In this document: piece after piece, positions 37,763 through 50,959 of the stretch
Position numbering within the stretch: position 1 is the first letter of the stretch
Layout: each line of letters starts with the position of its first letter
Position numbers and translations under genes: made by a program
IMG/VR virus record: IMGVR_UViG_3300031521_001337
Location: 124,001-188,000 of that record
Reading direction: 5' to 3' (one strand)
Length of the DNA: 64,000 nucleotides
Notes under the pieces: model-generated
Told to the model about the DNA's origin: nothing
The model's input: only the letters and a program-made list of their open reading frames with translations
The model's database searches: none

Positions 37763-38341
37763 TTAATTTTTGGATTTTACATATTCAGGATCAGTTTCAG
37801 ACTGTACCTGTAAAAACTTAAACATTCTTTTACCTAATGTTTTGTAATCATTATCATTATTAGTTATTGCAGCTTTTTTCGCAAACTTAATTAATGTTTT
37901 AGTATGTGTCCGACTAAATATTCTTTCACCACCAACTAATTCCATTTGAGAATTTCCTTCTGCATCTAACACGTGCATTTTATCTGATTTTAGTTTATTA
38001 TCAGGTTTGAATTCTAGTTCATCACCTTCTTTAACTCCAGAATCTTTGTTTAATTCTAACACATACATCACATTTTGTTCTGTGATTAAGTCTTCTGATT
38101 CAGGTACTCCTTCATGAACTGATATAACGTTCATTTCTTCATCTATAAAAATTATATCTAATGGAATATGAGTATCTTTCATATAGAAAGAAATCTCATC
38201 AGGCTCATTAAATATAAATAACATTCCTTCGTTTTCAGGTAATTCAGTTACACCTTGTAATCCTTTATCATGATCTTCATCAGATTCAGCAAGTTTAACC
38301 GTATATTCTTTATTACCAATCTCTATTTTTATTTCTTTCAT
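37763..38341 (-). CDS. DUF192-family protein with C-terminal extension
   Basis: GLQGVTELPENEGMLFIF...FYMKDTHIPLDIIFID...YVLELN pattern. Confidence 0.8.
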   Translation of the reverse strand: MKEIKIEIGNKEYTVKLAESDEDHDKGLQGVTELPENEGMLFIFNEPDEISFYMKDTHIPLDIIFIDEEMNVISVHEGVPESEDLITEQNVMYVLELNKDSGVKEGDELEFKPDNKLKSDKMHVLDAEGNSQMELVGGERIFSRTHTKTLIKFAKKAAITNNDNDYKTLGKRMFKFLQVQSETDPEYVKSKN

Positions 38342-38565
38342 TTGGTTAATATCTCAGGGATAATACTATTTAAAATTCCTCCATTTTCATGATGTCATTT
38401 TTTTGCATTTTGAGCAAAAATTGCACGTTTCTTCGTTAATGGATTTTTACTATGTGTAAGTTCTTCTGTAGATTTTCCAGTTTTCTTTTTAGTTGCAGTA
38501 AATTTTCCTTTATTTGCAGGATTAATATGAATACCACCCGATTTAAAACTTTGGATATTATTCAT
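38329..38565 (-). CDS. Small basic virion-associated protein (about 78 aa with TGA=Trp)
   Basis: MNNIQSFKSGGIHINPANKGKFTA...KRAIFAQNAKK[TGA]HHENGGIL...; read-through ends TAA at 38329. Alternative start at 38589. Confidence 0.7.
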
Positions 38566-39205
38566 TTGATTTGATATTGTATATTTCATAATTTTTTATA
38601 TATTCATTAATTAATCGTTGAGATTTTATATCTCCATCATGAGCAATATAATGACAATATATACACAAAGTTATTCCATTAGTTTCATCAAATTCTAATG
38701 AGTTATCAATTGATTTTGGAATAATATGATGAGCATGTTGTATAGTTTTTTCAGAATTACCACAATTTTGACAAGTATAATTATCTCGAGTTTTTACTAA
38801 TTTTCCTCATTTTCTAAATGCGTCTTTTCTTCCTTCAATATGATTACATTCTTTTCATTCATAATGATTTTTACCTATTGTGTATTCTTCTGAACATTTT
38901 TTACAACAGAAATTATTTGTAGAATTAATAAGATGTTCTTTTCTATTAAAATTTGAACCACAATTAGTACATTGTATTGCTATTATATCTGAACTTTTAT
39001 TTTTAACTTTACATTCATGCGAACAAAATTTAGAATCTCTATATTCTTGAACTTCATACTCTTTATTACATTCTTCACAAATTAATATCTTTCTTAATTT
39101 TCTAGAATTATGTGAACATTCTTGACTGCAATATTTTCTAGTTTTTATCCCTTGAAATTCAGCTCCACAATGTTCACATATTTTAGATTCTTTCTTATAA
39201 CCCAT
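38558..39205 (-). CDS. Free-standing HNH endonuclease with N-terminal Zn-binding repeats (215 aa with TGA=Trp)
   Basis: Three CxxC...FC/YCxxxC repeats, two TGA, then RDNYTCQNCG...HAHHIIP...NGITLCVYCH. Confidence 0.85.
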
Positions 39206-39225
39206 ATTTTATTTTTTGATATTAT

Positions 39226-39263
39226 ACAAAAGTATAATAATTTTTCCATATAATATCTATAAA
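39226..39263 (-). promoter_or_regulatory. Bacteroidota-type promoter (-7 box TACTTTTG at 39234-39227) upstream of the HNH gene
   Basis: Minus strand TTTATAGATATTATATGGAAAAATTATTATACTTTTGT, very similar to 5646-5683. Confidence 0.7.
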
Positions 39264-39288
39264 CTGATTAAATTTTTAATTACAAAGA

Positions 39289-40428
39289 TTAAGCTTCAAC
39301 AGTTTCTATAAGTCCTGTATTGTCTTGAGTATTTTCTAATATCTCATAAACTAACAACTTACCAGCTTTAAGTGCTATGTCTTCATCTCCATCTTTATAT
39401 TGTTTAAACATCTCTTCTAACTTGTCTGTAACATCTTTATTAAAAATGATTTCATTAAGTTCAATTTCTGCGTGTTGAGTTATAGCACCACCTTCATCCA
39501 TTGTTACAACCGGAATACCTTTATCAGTAACTTGTTCTGAAATTTCTTCTGGCAGATCGTGTTTTCTAGCATGTAATGCTCCATCAGGTATAACATTAAA
39601 TTTACCACCATCTTCAAATACATCTATTTCAGGAACTTCAATTACTTCTATGATCGGTTTAACTCTTAAAGAATAATTAACCCGATTTTTAATATTAGTC
39701 ATTTGTAGTTTACTTCCGCGTTTTGCAGCTAATATATTAGTTGTTATACCTCCAAACAATTTCTGTTGATTTTTGGTAGCGATGTCTCCAAATGAATTCG
39801 CAGAAGCTAACATATTCTGTTTACTTTGAAACATAGAATTACCCGCAAGTAAATTCTGTTTATCATCATATTTAGTCAAATTGTTAGCATTTCTAGTTTT
39901 ACCAGCTCAAGTACCTAATAAAGTCTGTTTCTTTCCAGCATTAGTATTCATATTAAATGAATATGCTCCAGTATCTAATCCAGTAGTACCTTGCTTTTTA
40001 GCTGTAGTTCCTGCAAATTTATTTAATGTTGTAAGAGCAGTAAGACCAGCTCCGATTCCCATTAATGCAGGATTACCAGATTTAAGCATCATACCAGCTC
40101 CTTTATCCATAAGTCCCATTGTACCCTCTTCTAAATCTGAGCCAGTTTCAGCACGTTTTAAACCTGCTGCTTGTAATCCAGTTTCTAATAGTTGTGGAGC
40201 TTCTCCAAGTATTTCAGATCCTACAGAAGCAGCGGGTGCTGCTCCTGGGATTTGTGTTGAACCTGATTTAATAGTAGATCCATTTGCATTCATACCTAAG
40301 TTTTTATTAAGTCCTTTTATAATTTTATTTATATCTAGACTATTTGTAGATAAATATGAATTCTTAGAACTTAATTGTTGTAAAGATCCAGATGGTGTTT
40401 GATATTTTTTAATTAATTCTTTAGGCAT
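39289..40428 (-). CDS. Putative virion cargo protein (379 aa with TGA=Trp)
   Basis: Fragments 39907 and 39289 are in frame; Gly/Ala hydrophobic segment, FEDGG and MDEGG motifs, GALH...EIELNEIIF domain. Confidence 0.8.
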
Positions 40429-43400
40429 AACTTATAGTGAATAATGTTCTTAGAGCATTAATGACTGCATATTGTGTACCATCATATTTTACTCGTATTT
40501 TAATATATTTATCTCTAATTTTCATTTCATTTGCTTTAGTAAATAATAATTCATTATTTTTAACATAAGCATAAGTAAAATTAATTGGTTGAATTTGAAT
40601 ATCTCAAGAATCTTCCATATATTGCATATTACCTTTTACTCTACCAAATTGTTTAAGGTTTAAACCTTGTTGATAACTGTTAACTAATTTTTCTTTAGTT
40701 TTATTATGTTCTTTAATACTTATATCTTTAGTACGTATTAAATTTCCATAAAATGAATTTGGTAAATTAATATCAAAATATTCACTATTAGAATTACTAT
40801 CTTTTTGTGTAATAATATAAGGAAGTTTTGGTGTTAAAGGTTTTGCAATTAAATAAAGTCTATAGCGTTCATCTAAATCTGTGATTCCAGTTAAATTAAC
40901 TCCATTAACATTATTTATTGTGATGTTATTTAATTTTAATATTAAATCTTTATCTTTATTCCAATCAAATCCTTCGCCAACAACTTCATAATAAAATGAG
41001 TTGGGTTCTGCTAAATTAGATATAATTTTTAAGTTATTAAATATTTTCTGAACTCCAGGAATTCCATTAGCAACAAATTCAAATTCGAATGGATATTGGG
41101 CATCATACCAATAAGTTGGAAGAATTGTTCCTTGCTCTTCTTCGAATCCCGCAAATCCGTGTTTATACAAGTAATTAGATGCATTTTCATGCTTCTCTGT
41201 ATTTGCAAAGGTATAAAAAATATTATTTATATTTTCTGAAAATTCTGGAAACCATGTATATTGAGTAACCCATTTGTTTGTAAGTTCACTATGACATAAA
41301 TGTCAAGATACATTATTATATTTAAACACAAACATAACATCTTGTTTAAATGCGTTATAATGTGATTTTACAAAATTTACATTTATACTATTATCATAAT
41401 CAGATTCTTTTAAATTAATATGATCATTTAAGAATTTTTGAATTTTCAAATCAGATATAACTTCAAATTGTTGTCCATTAGTTCTCCAAATCTTTTTAGC
41501 AACAGTATCAATACCGTAAATAAACTTAGATGTTTTAATTATAGAATCTGCTCACATAGATCCAAATGTATTTGATAATACTTTAGGATTTTTAGGAAGT
41601 ACTGTATCAGTATTAATGTATACATTATCTCCTTGTGCATTTGTCATCATTGCTCTTTCGTTTACAGGAATCATTAATACTCCATGTTCCATAACAGCAA
41701 TAAGTGTTCCATATCATTCCTCTAATTTTACAAGTTCACCATGTTCAAGAGTATAATCTTGATAATTTGGAGATTCGAATATACGAGTTCCATTTACAAA
41801 TGATGATTGTTGTAATTTATTTGAATAATTGATTCTATTTGTAAATGAAGTTTTGATAAAAGGAACATCAGGGATTTCAAAATAATTTTTATCTCCTAAT
41901 GATTTACTAATACCTCCATTAATTATATGAGATTCAGGTAAACTATCTTGCATATCAATTGAATGATAAGGATAGAATCCTCTTTTCTTTTTATGAACAG
42001 CTTCTTCCATTGGATTTGAAAAATCTACATCTCTCATTGCTAAATTAGTATTACTGCAAACTTTAATTGTAACTCAATAACCTAAAGGAACTGCATTAAC
42101 ATCAGGTTTATTAATCTTCTGTGATCCAAATAATCCATTAATTTCAGAATACTTTTTGAACTTCTTACCATCAGCTTCAATTATTGAATTATTTCCAGGT
42201 TCTCCATCACTAGTTTCTCCTGAGAATGATGCAACAAAGTTTCCTCTATAAGTAAAAACGGGTAAAAGTTTTCTATACGATAATGATTCAGTTGTAAGTG
42301 TTCCATCTGTTCCACCTGACTTAACAATTGTAGAAGCTTTATTAATAACTCTAAAATTTTTATATCAAGTTCAAGGATCTATAATTTTTTTATTAGTTGG
42401 AACTTCACCATCAGTAAAATTTCAAGTCATTCTTTGAGTTACTGTATTTATATAACAATCACCTCTAAAAATATTATTAATATATTTTGAGTCAGTTCCA
42501 GATAATTTACTTCATTCAATTCTATCAGTAATAGGAAAAAATGGAGAAGAATTATTATATCTTATTTTAAAGTAATCTTTTCAACTTACATTAAAATTAT
42601 AATCTTTTTGAAAAATATTATAGTATTCACCATCAACAATAGCATCTGATTCAGTTGCTAAATAAGTATTAAATATACCTCTAACTTTAGTAGATGTATA
42701 ATTTACATTATCATCAGTAACTGTATTTTCTAAATCTTCATATGCTCCATATTTAGGATCTGCATATTTAGAAACATCAATATCATTACCTGCTTGTGAA
42801 CTAAATGAGAATTTACTATTTTTAATTAATTCAATACCTGGTTCAATTAAAGTAATTGGGGTATTAATTTCTGTAACATCTGATACTTTTGGAATAGTAT
42901 TTTCTAATATTAAATTTAAATAATCTTTGGAATTATTTATAAATGATTTATTAGAACGAGTATACTTAGTAGTTCTTAATAAGAATTCAGATGAATTAAA
43001 AAATGAATTAAATGTATTTACTTTTAAAGTAGCTTCTGGACAAAGTAATGCATTATGATTAATATCATCTACTTTAAATAAACTTGTTCCTAATTTAGGT
43101 TTACCTGAATTATTTGTAGGACTATTAGTTGTAGTTAAGAAAGATTGTCCAAAATGAGCATCATTAATATCTTCTTTATAATTGTTATTTACAATTTTTA
43201 AAGTTGGAGTGTATGCTTTTGTTGATGTAGATATACCTACAGCCTGAGCTAATATAGTAGGAATTCTTTTTTGTCTAACAATAAAAAATCCTTTAGTTAT
43301 GTCTTTTAAACCATCAATTATATCAGATCCTTCTAATACACTATTTCCAAGTTCATCATTTTGAAATGATACTTTTAAACCAATTGGTTTAATTGATAAA

Positions 43401-44680
43401 GTTCCATTCATCATTGACTTTTCAGTCATATCTATTTTGAATACACCTTTTACATTTTCATCAGTACCTTCGATTAAATAATCATCTCCATAATTAATAT
43501 CATCTCCAATTTTAGGAAGATATGAATATATTGTATTTTCATTAATAACTTTTTTACCTCTAATATTAAATACTGGAGATAATGTATAATCATTCATAAT
43601 ATAAACTATTCCTAATCGATAAACTTCTTCATCTCAATATCCTAATTTATAATATATATTATTTGCATTAAAATATTCATTTCCTATAAATGGATATCTT
43701 TCATTATAATTTTCATCTAAATATCCAATGCCATTAGTATCATACATAGGAGTAGGTATAGCATATAAACTATACTTTTCTAATGTTTTAAATACTTCAT
43801 AATTATTTGTAATATTTCCAGCAAAACAAATATTTTGACAAGTTGCCAATGTTTTTACTGAATCAAAATTTGCATATTTAATATTAATACTATCTGTTGT
43901 AATTTCAGTATGATTTTCATAACCTGTAATAGAAATTTCAGTATTATTGTTTACAATTTTAAATTTGTCTTCAATAAAATATGTTTTAACTATTTCAGAA
44001 TCTCCATCACCTGTAGATCTTGTATAATATATATTAATGTAATCATAAGCTAAATCTAAATTGTTTAATCTAAATTTAATAACTTTATTACTATTCTCAT
44101 CTAATTGACCTCCTCTTATTGATTTAGGTGAATTTACTGTTCCTATGTGACATATTACTTTTCCTGATTCAGCAATAAAATCTGATTCATTTCCATCATA
44201 ATCTGCTAATTTAAAATAAAAAGTATAATTTCCAACTTTCATATTACCACCATCTTTAATTCCTAAAAAATCAATAGTAGTAATTTTATTAGTATTCTTT
44301 ATTAAACTTGCTTCAATTTTAAAATTGTCAGCTGAATAAATATTTGTGTCTAAGTTACCATGTCTATCTGCAATTTTATATTCAGTTGAACTTGTCAAAT
44401 AGAATCTAGAATTTATGATTTTAGGAGGATTAACATCATCCGTAACTATTATATTTACTGAATCATCATAAGATACTTCAGTAGTAATCGCTATAGGATG
44501 ATCAATATTTACTTTTGCTACATCAGCATCTAATCTTAACGGTAAAAGAGATTTTTCAGGTACAGTTGCACTAGGATTCAATAAATTATAAAAAGGAGCA
44601 TATTCATATAACAGGGTTCCTGATTCAGGAATCCCGTATATAGAATTAGTTATTGATAAATTTATTATTGGTAATGCCAT
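40421..44680 (-). CDS. Tail stabilization/muzzle-type structural protein (1419 aa with TGA=Trp)
   Basis: Fragments 43634, 42581, 41714 and 40604 are in frame; FRGDCYI and the C-terminal KIRDKYIKIRVKY resemble crAss tail stabilization proteins. Confidence 0.7.
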
Positions 44681-44681
44681 T

Positions 44682-45329
44682 TTATTTTATTCTTAGTATA
44701 TAATTAACTACAAAGTAAGGAGGCATATTATTATGAGGCATTGTTACTCCACTATCTCCACCAGCGTTACCTGTAAGACCTTGATAAGTACGTGCATTAT
44801 TTTCACCAACTATTGTATTTGTAGCATTACCAGGCATTCCTGTAGTTACTTTATTATATACAAAGAAAGAACCATTATCATCCGCAATACCATTTGGATG
44901 ATTATGTACTGGTGATTCAGTAAGATCTAATTGATGTGAAAATTCACCTGCTGAAGCACCTAATTCAAGAGTTGCATATGCATATAATGGAGGAATTCCT
45001 GCTTGAATTAATGATGATCCAGGTTTAATATAAGGAATACCTATAGTTGTAACTCCATCTCCTCCATAAACTAGAAACATAGGTCCCATTGTAGAAACAA
45101 ATGAAGGATGACAATCTGCTACATTAACTGTTTGACCTGGAACATTACATCACACATATCCCTCTGGTGGTAACGTACTTGAGAAAAAAGGTTTAGGTAT
45201 TCCTCAATCTGAATAATATAATGCTGAAATCATTTCATCATTTGCATTCACATGATCACCTCTCTTTATTTTATTCCCAGCTACTGGAATATAATTTTTT
45301 ACAGCTGTTTTTATTGCTTCTAGTAACAT
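44682..45329 (-). CDS. Tail-collar-domain protein (215 aa with TGA=Trp)
   Basis: Start extends to ATG 45329 through two TGA; PPEGYV[W]CN...GEFSHQL...HNH...PHNNMPPYFVVNYILRIK. Confidence 0.75.
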
Positions 45330-45350
45330 ATTTTTATATTTTTTTTGTGT

Positions 45351-46460
45351 TTAGTAATAATCATATCCTTCATAATCATTGGAATCATAATTAAAAACAT
45401 TAGTTAGTAATTCAGAACCTGAGAGAGTATATTTATTTAAGTATATTGTTGGTAATTCATCTGTTACATCATCAGTAGTTCCAGGATTATTAAATACAGG
45501 AGTTATACTAAATTCTAATATATTTCCTTCTTCAGAAAATGGAATAGTAATTATATAATCATCTGTAGGTGAACCTAATATAATATCAGTTCATGTTCTT
45601 GTAGCTCAACCATCTAATGAATAGTTTATTCGTAAATGTGTAATATTTCAAGTAGTTTGATTATCAACAGAAATATTAAATGTAGCTTGATAACCTTGTC
45701 CATCTATTTGATCTAAATTATAATAATTTAAATGAAATAAAGGTAAATCTTCAAGTTCAACAGATAAAACTAATTTACCTTTAAAGTTATTTTTACAATA
45801 ATATTTGAAAGTTGGATCATCAAACCAAAATTGGTCAGTTAATGTTCCACCTTTAAAACGTGCATATTCATTTCATACATCCGTTGTAAGGTCAATAAAT
45901 CCATTAGTTAATTGAAGGTATAGTTTGACATTATATATTCTTAAATCTGATGAAATTCGTAAATTTCCTGAGTAATGATAGCGAGTTACATTTGATAAAT
46001 CTAAATCAACTCCTTCAAATACAGTATATTCTCCAGCTTTAAATATATAATTATTTAAAACATTAGAAGTAAATAATGAATATTTTGTTGGATCATTAAA
46101 TGTAAACTGAATTCCATTTCCTACTGATTCTTCTGTTAATATTTGTGGACATGGATAACTTCCAAACTCTACTTGATTAGTATTTTTATTAGCAGATACA
46201 ATATATAATACTCCACCAAATTCTCTTATTCCAATTGGATAAAATCCATCTGTTAAAGATATATATTTTGGAGTTTCTTCTGTCCAATCTGGTGCTTTAA
46301 TCTTTGTATTTCCAGCATCATTTTGTAATGCCATTTCATCTGAATTAAAAGTTATGAAAGTTCCATTTATACAATCAGTTAATGTATTAGAAGGCATCAT
46401 AATTGGATTAATATCGTAATTTAATCCTTCAGAAAAAGTATTTATTGTTTCTTTTTTCAT
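45351..46460 (-). CDS. Tail protein with muzzle/stabilization-like N-terminal domain (369 aa with TGA=Trp)
   Basis: NTFSEGLNYD..P...P...TDCINGT...LQNDAGN...GFYPIG..EFGG..YIVS...EFGSYP; reads through four TGA to TAA at 45351. Confidence 0.65.
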
Positions 46461-47404
46461 TAATTAAAAATTTTATATTTAATTATTATTTTCTGTCCAT
46501 CTTTAGTTTTACAATATTTAGTTTTTCCAGATAATACATTAGATGTAGATGAACTTGTTATATTATAATAATCACAAACATCTTTAGCACAATTAAAAGT
46601 TTTAATAAAATTATTTTCAAAATCAAAAATATCAACAATTATTGGTTTTAAAATTTTTTTATCTTCTAAATTAAAATTATCATCTTTATATCTTCAAATT
46701 AATCTTAAATTTTCTAATTTACCACATGTTTGTACTATTCGTTTACAATTTTTTGTCACAGAACTAGGGTCAACATTATAAAATTTTGCTCCATCTTTAA
46801 TACATTGAAATGTATTTATTAATGCTCCATCTTCTGTAAAAATATTAACCCCAAGTTGTAATCCTTCTTTTATTTTTTTAGATCTTTCAGGATTATTTTC
46901 ACAAGCTATTTTAGTATTAATTTTTATTTTTTCTTTATGTCCTTCAGAAAGTGAAATATTTAATTTAGCTTGTCTAATTCTTTCTTTAGATTCATCTGAT
47001 CTTTTTGTTCCTAATTGTAAATCTCTTAATTTTTTTCTAGTTTCTGCAGATACAATTCTTCCTTTACTCCCTATACCACCTAAATTAGAATTATATCCAT
47101 TTTCAAAAGAATCAAACTCTTTAATGTAACTAATTTCTAATTCAAATAATTCGTTATATAAAGAATCTTTATCTATATTCCTACAAATTTTAATAATTTC
47201 TCAATTAAAATTTTCTTCTCCATATTTACGGATTGCATTATAAAAATATGAATTTCGATCTTTATGCTTTTTATTTCTTGCAGCACTTAGATGTTCGGTT
47301 TTTCTTCTTTTTAAAGATCTAATTGTTTCACCAATATAACATTTATTGTTTAATTTACAAGTTGCTTTGTAAATATATCCTTCATATTCATTATCTTTCT
47401 TCAT
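46460..47404 (-). CDS. Free-standing GIY-YIG homing endonuclease with NUMOD3/NUMOD1-like repeats (314 aa with TGA=Trp)
   Basis: GYIY...YIGET...R..EH...FN[TGA]EII...ELEISYI...NGYN..LGG, then SAETRKK and SDESKERI repeats. Confidence 0.85.
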
Positions 47405-48410
47405 TTCTTAATTCTTGTCATGTTTTGTTAGATGGTGTGAACTTGTGTTCATAAGCTTCACCCATATATTCTAAATCTCTAACTTTTAAACTATCTGCTC
47501 AATAACTCCATCCTTTAAAAGTTTTACTTTTAAATCTAAATACATAAATATGTTTTGCTTTATAATAAAGTTCTTCCTTAATTTTACGAGGAATAATATT
47601 ATTAAATTTGACAATTGATTTGCTAGTTTTATTATCTTCTAATCATTTGTTAAATCCGGTTGGATTTAATCCTATATAGTAATATCCATCGAATGGAGTT
47701 TTCTTTCATCCTTCGATCTTTCTTAATTTTCTATCTCTACGAATACTGTATTCTTTAATCTGTATATCAGGAGTTAGTGTTAAATGTCCGATATAAGCTA
47801 AACAATTAATATGTCTTTTTGATATTATAGATATGGCACATCCATACTTTATAGCGGAATGCATACGTCTGAATCCATGTGTCAATAATCTTTTTATTTC
47901 AGGTTTTGTAAAAGTATTGAATTCCATTTGAACTTCATCTATAAAGTCATCTAAGAATACATCTTTTGTTGTGTAAAATTTAACTCCAGAGTTAACTCCT
48001 TCCATAAATTTTCTCTTTAATTCACTCCCAATATATATGGGAATCATTTTAGGATATGCTCTAGTTTTAAAATAATAATTCATAAAATATCCTGTAAAAT
48101 CAGATTCTACAAAATCAACTTCTTGAAATCGTCCATTCTGACGTTGTGTTATAAATTTATCACCCGTTACAATTTCGAAGTCTATATAAGACTCCGCAAC
48201 TGTAGGGATTACAAATCTAACTCTATCATCAATAACTCTATGTAATATTAAACCAAGACAATATCTAAAAGGACCAGCTATAGCATCTTCATATGTTGCA
48301 TTTCATCCATAAGTATCATTAAGATTCCTTCATTTTTTATCAGTAACCTTTGTAGGAGTATTTGAATAAATCTCCCCAGGTGTTAGTCCATGATTAAATA
48401 ATATACGCAT
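47391..48410 (-). CDS. Conserved late-region protein, possibly HU/IHF-like (339 aa with TGA=Trp)
   Basis: Open from ATG 48410 to TAA 47391 with six TGA; the HU/IHF resemblance is weak and partly positional. Confidence 0.55.
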
Positions 48411-49114
48411 TAACGAGTTGGTTTAAATGATTTACCGAAACGTTTTCTATCTCATGAAGAAGAAACATTAAGGATTTCATCCATTTCATTTTGATTTATA
48501 TATTCGGGTACTCTAGCTTGAGTACACATTAATTTTCATTTCTGTTCAAGTAATTGAGACATTTGAATTATTCCTGAATTCATAGTAATTAAACCTTTCT
48601 TAAAAAATTCAGCTTGCGCACAAAAAGCCGCAACAGCATCAATCTCTCTAACATCTAAATAAGGTAATCCTTCTTCATCAACAATAACTCCTTTATAAAG
48701 AATATTTATTTTATTAAATTTATCAGCTAATTGAATTGTGTTTCCGGTTTGTTGATATTTAATAAATTTACCTGATGAATATCCAAATCCTGTATTATAT
48801 TTTCTTGATTCAACATAACCTTCAATTCATCCATTTTGATTATTTCCAGCTAATGTTGTTGGTGTAGTCTTTTGATAATCTTCATAATCTGCTGTAACAG
48901 CTTCGATTATATCACAATTACAAGGAAGATCTACATAAAAACTACCATCAGCATTTTTTTCAGCTTCAGTTTGGTAGTGATATCATCTATATTGTTTGTT
49001 ACCTATTTTATCTCAAGCAATTAAACCTAATGTTTCAAATTCATCAGGGTTTATTTCAAGACCGTATAATTGTCTCATTTGAGTATACGCTGTATTAAAT
49101 GGAAATCTTTTCAT
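48410..49114 (-). CDS. Tail tubular/ring protein (234 aa with TGA=Trp; absent from the ORF track)
   Basis: MKRFPFNTAY...VDLPCNCD...ILYKGVIVDEEGLPYL...; five TGA; TAATG coupling at both ends. Confidence 0.75.
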
Positions 49115-49785
49115 TAATGAGGAGCTTGTGTGTTAGGTATGGGTTGAGCAGCCATTTGACGATAATAACGTAATTTCTTTTCAGTTAAACGTTTTTTAAT
49201 CTCAGCTGATATAAATGTATAATTTTCTAAATCATCTCCAGCACAACAATCATATTGTGTGAGTTGTCTTGGATCTTTTGGTATAAATATAATTGATACT
49301 TTCTTTAATAACGGAGTATTAAATACTCAACAATCATACATGTTATTTGCATTTGGTGTAGTATCAATATATACGTGAGGTTTATTAGAACCATGTCTAA
49401 GATATCTATGTGATCTAAATCCGTTAATTGTAGTATAAACTTTAAATACAATTTCTTTATGAATTGAACCTAAATAATCAATTGCATCACAACTTAAATC
49501 ATTTACTATTTGAGGAATTTCAAAATGCATTTCAGGTCTACTATAATCAGGAAGATTACAAGGACATTTATCTAATGATTTAGTATCAACATCTACACAA
49601 TTAATAGACATTACTAAATCTCTTTTTGGAACAATTCCTTTTAAAGAATATTCCTTAATAATTTGAAGACGTTCGTCAACACAATCATCTTCTAATTGTT
49701 GTAGTGATAAATTAGGAGTACTTGTTATACCAGCAAGACCTCCAATAATATCATTATATATAGCTGATGCTAATTTAGTTACCAT
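49114..49785 (-). CDS. Head-tail connector ring-type protein (223 aa with TGA=Trp)
   Basis: Track fragment 49327-49785 extends through one TGA to TAA at 49114; position within the crAss structural cluster. Confidence 0.65.
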
Positions 49786-49800
49786 AAGTTAGATTTAATA

Positions 49801-49831
49801 AAAAAGGGTGAGGCAAGACGCCCCACCCTTT
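49801..49831 (-). terminator. Rho-independent terminator
   Basis: Minus strand AAAGGGTGGGGC-GTCTT-GCCTCACCCTTTTT after the 49848 gene. Confidence 0.85.
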
Positions 49832-49847
49832 AAGTAATTAATTAATA

Positions 49848-50930
49848 TTAAGCGATTACTGTAATTGTGATTGTACCAGTTGCACCAGTAGCATCAGTAG
49901 CAGTAATTACTGTAGTTCCAGCAGCTACACCAGTAACTACACCAGTTCCAGCTACAACAGTAGCAGTAGCAGTAGTTCCAGAAGCGAATGTTACAGCTCC
50001 TAATGCTCCAACAGGAGTAATAGTAGTAGTATCACCTACGACGATTAAGTTATCATTAGTAGTTAATTGGAATGCACCAGCACCAGGACTAGAAGCTAAA
50101 ATAGATAAACCAGTATTAGTAATTGCAGTTTCAAATGTTGTTACATTAGCAGCAGGTACATAGAATACATGAGTTGTGATTGAATTACCTTCTGCGAGGA
50201 TTCCATCAGCACTATCTTTTTGGATTTTGTAACGAAGTGTATATTGAGAATAGTTTCCACCAATGATTGGTCTTTCTTCTTTGTTTGTACCAAAGAAACG
50301 AGTGTTTTCATAAGTAGGGAACATAATTGATCTTACCATGAAATCGTCATCTCCAAAACCAACAAGACCAGCAGTTGTAACTGTACCTGTAGCTTTTACT
50401 GTATATTCAGGTTGAATAATTGAGTTAGAGTTTAAAGTTAATGCAACTTCTTCAGTTTGTTTAATTGAGAAAAATCTTTGGTTATTATCAGTAGCGGTTA
50501 ATGTAATAATACCAGAACCACCAGAAGTAGCAGTGATATAAGAGAAACCGAATCTATCTTTAAGTCCGTTAATTTGAGCAATAAGAGCAGTTGCGTCAGT
50601 AGCAGCTACACCTGATGAAAGTACTTCAACTACAACCGGTTTTTTGAAATACAAATAAGTATTTGCATATTCAGAATTGGTTTGTTGAGATAATCTTACA
50701 TCTACTTCTAATCTATTTACTAGCCCACTTGTTGAAGCGGCGATTGTAATTGAAGCTACTTCTTTAACACCAGCACTATAAGCTTTTTTATAAACGCTTA
50801 CGATACCTGCTTTCTTGAAGAAATTTACTCTAGTTACATTCAGACCTTGGGCAGTTCCAGCATATTTAGCTGTAGAACCATTTGAATCTAATTGAGAATT
50901 TAAAATTGTTGTTGTTGTAAATTGATACAT
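49848..50930 (-). CDS. Auxiliary capsid/decoration protein with C-terminal Ig-like (Big_2-type) domain
   Basis: Thr/Val-rich tail VGDTTTI...ATV...GVVTGVAAGTTVITAT...ITVIA; no Trp; followed by a strong terminator. Confidence 0.7.
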   Translation of the reverse strand: MYQFTTTTILNSQLDSNGSTAKYAGTAQGLNVTRVNFFKKAGIVSVYKKAYSAGVKEVASITIAASTSGLVNRLEVDVRLSQQTNSEYANTYLYFKKPVVVEVLSSGVAATDATALIAQINGLKDRFGFSYITATSGGSGIITLTATDNNQRFFSIKQTEEVALTLNSNSIIQPEYTVKATGTVTTAGLVGFGDDDFMVRSIMFPTYENTRFFGTNKEERPIIGGNYSQYTLRYKIQKDSADGILAEGNSITTHVFYVPAANVTTFETAITNTGLSILASSPGAGAFQLTTNDNLIVVGDTTTITPVGALGAVTFASGTTATATVVAGTGVVTGVAAGTTVITATDATGATGTITITVIA

Positions 50931-50959
50931 TTTTTATAGTTTATATCATTTAAAAATAT

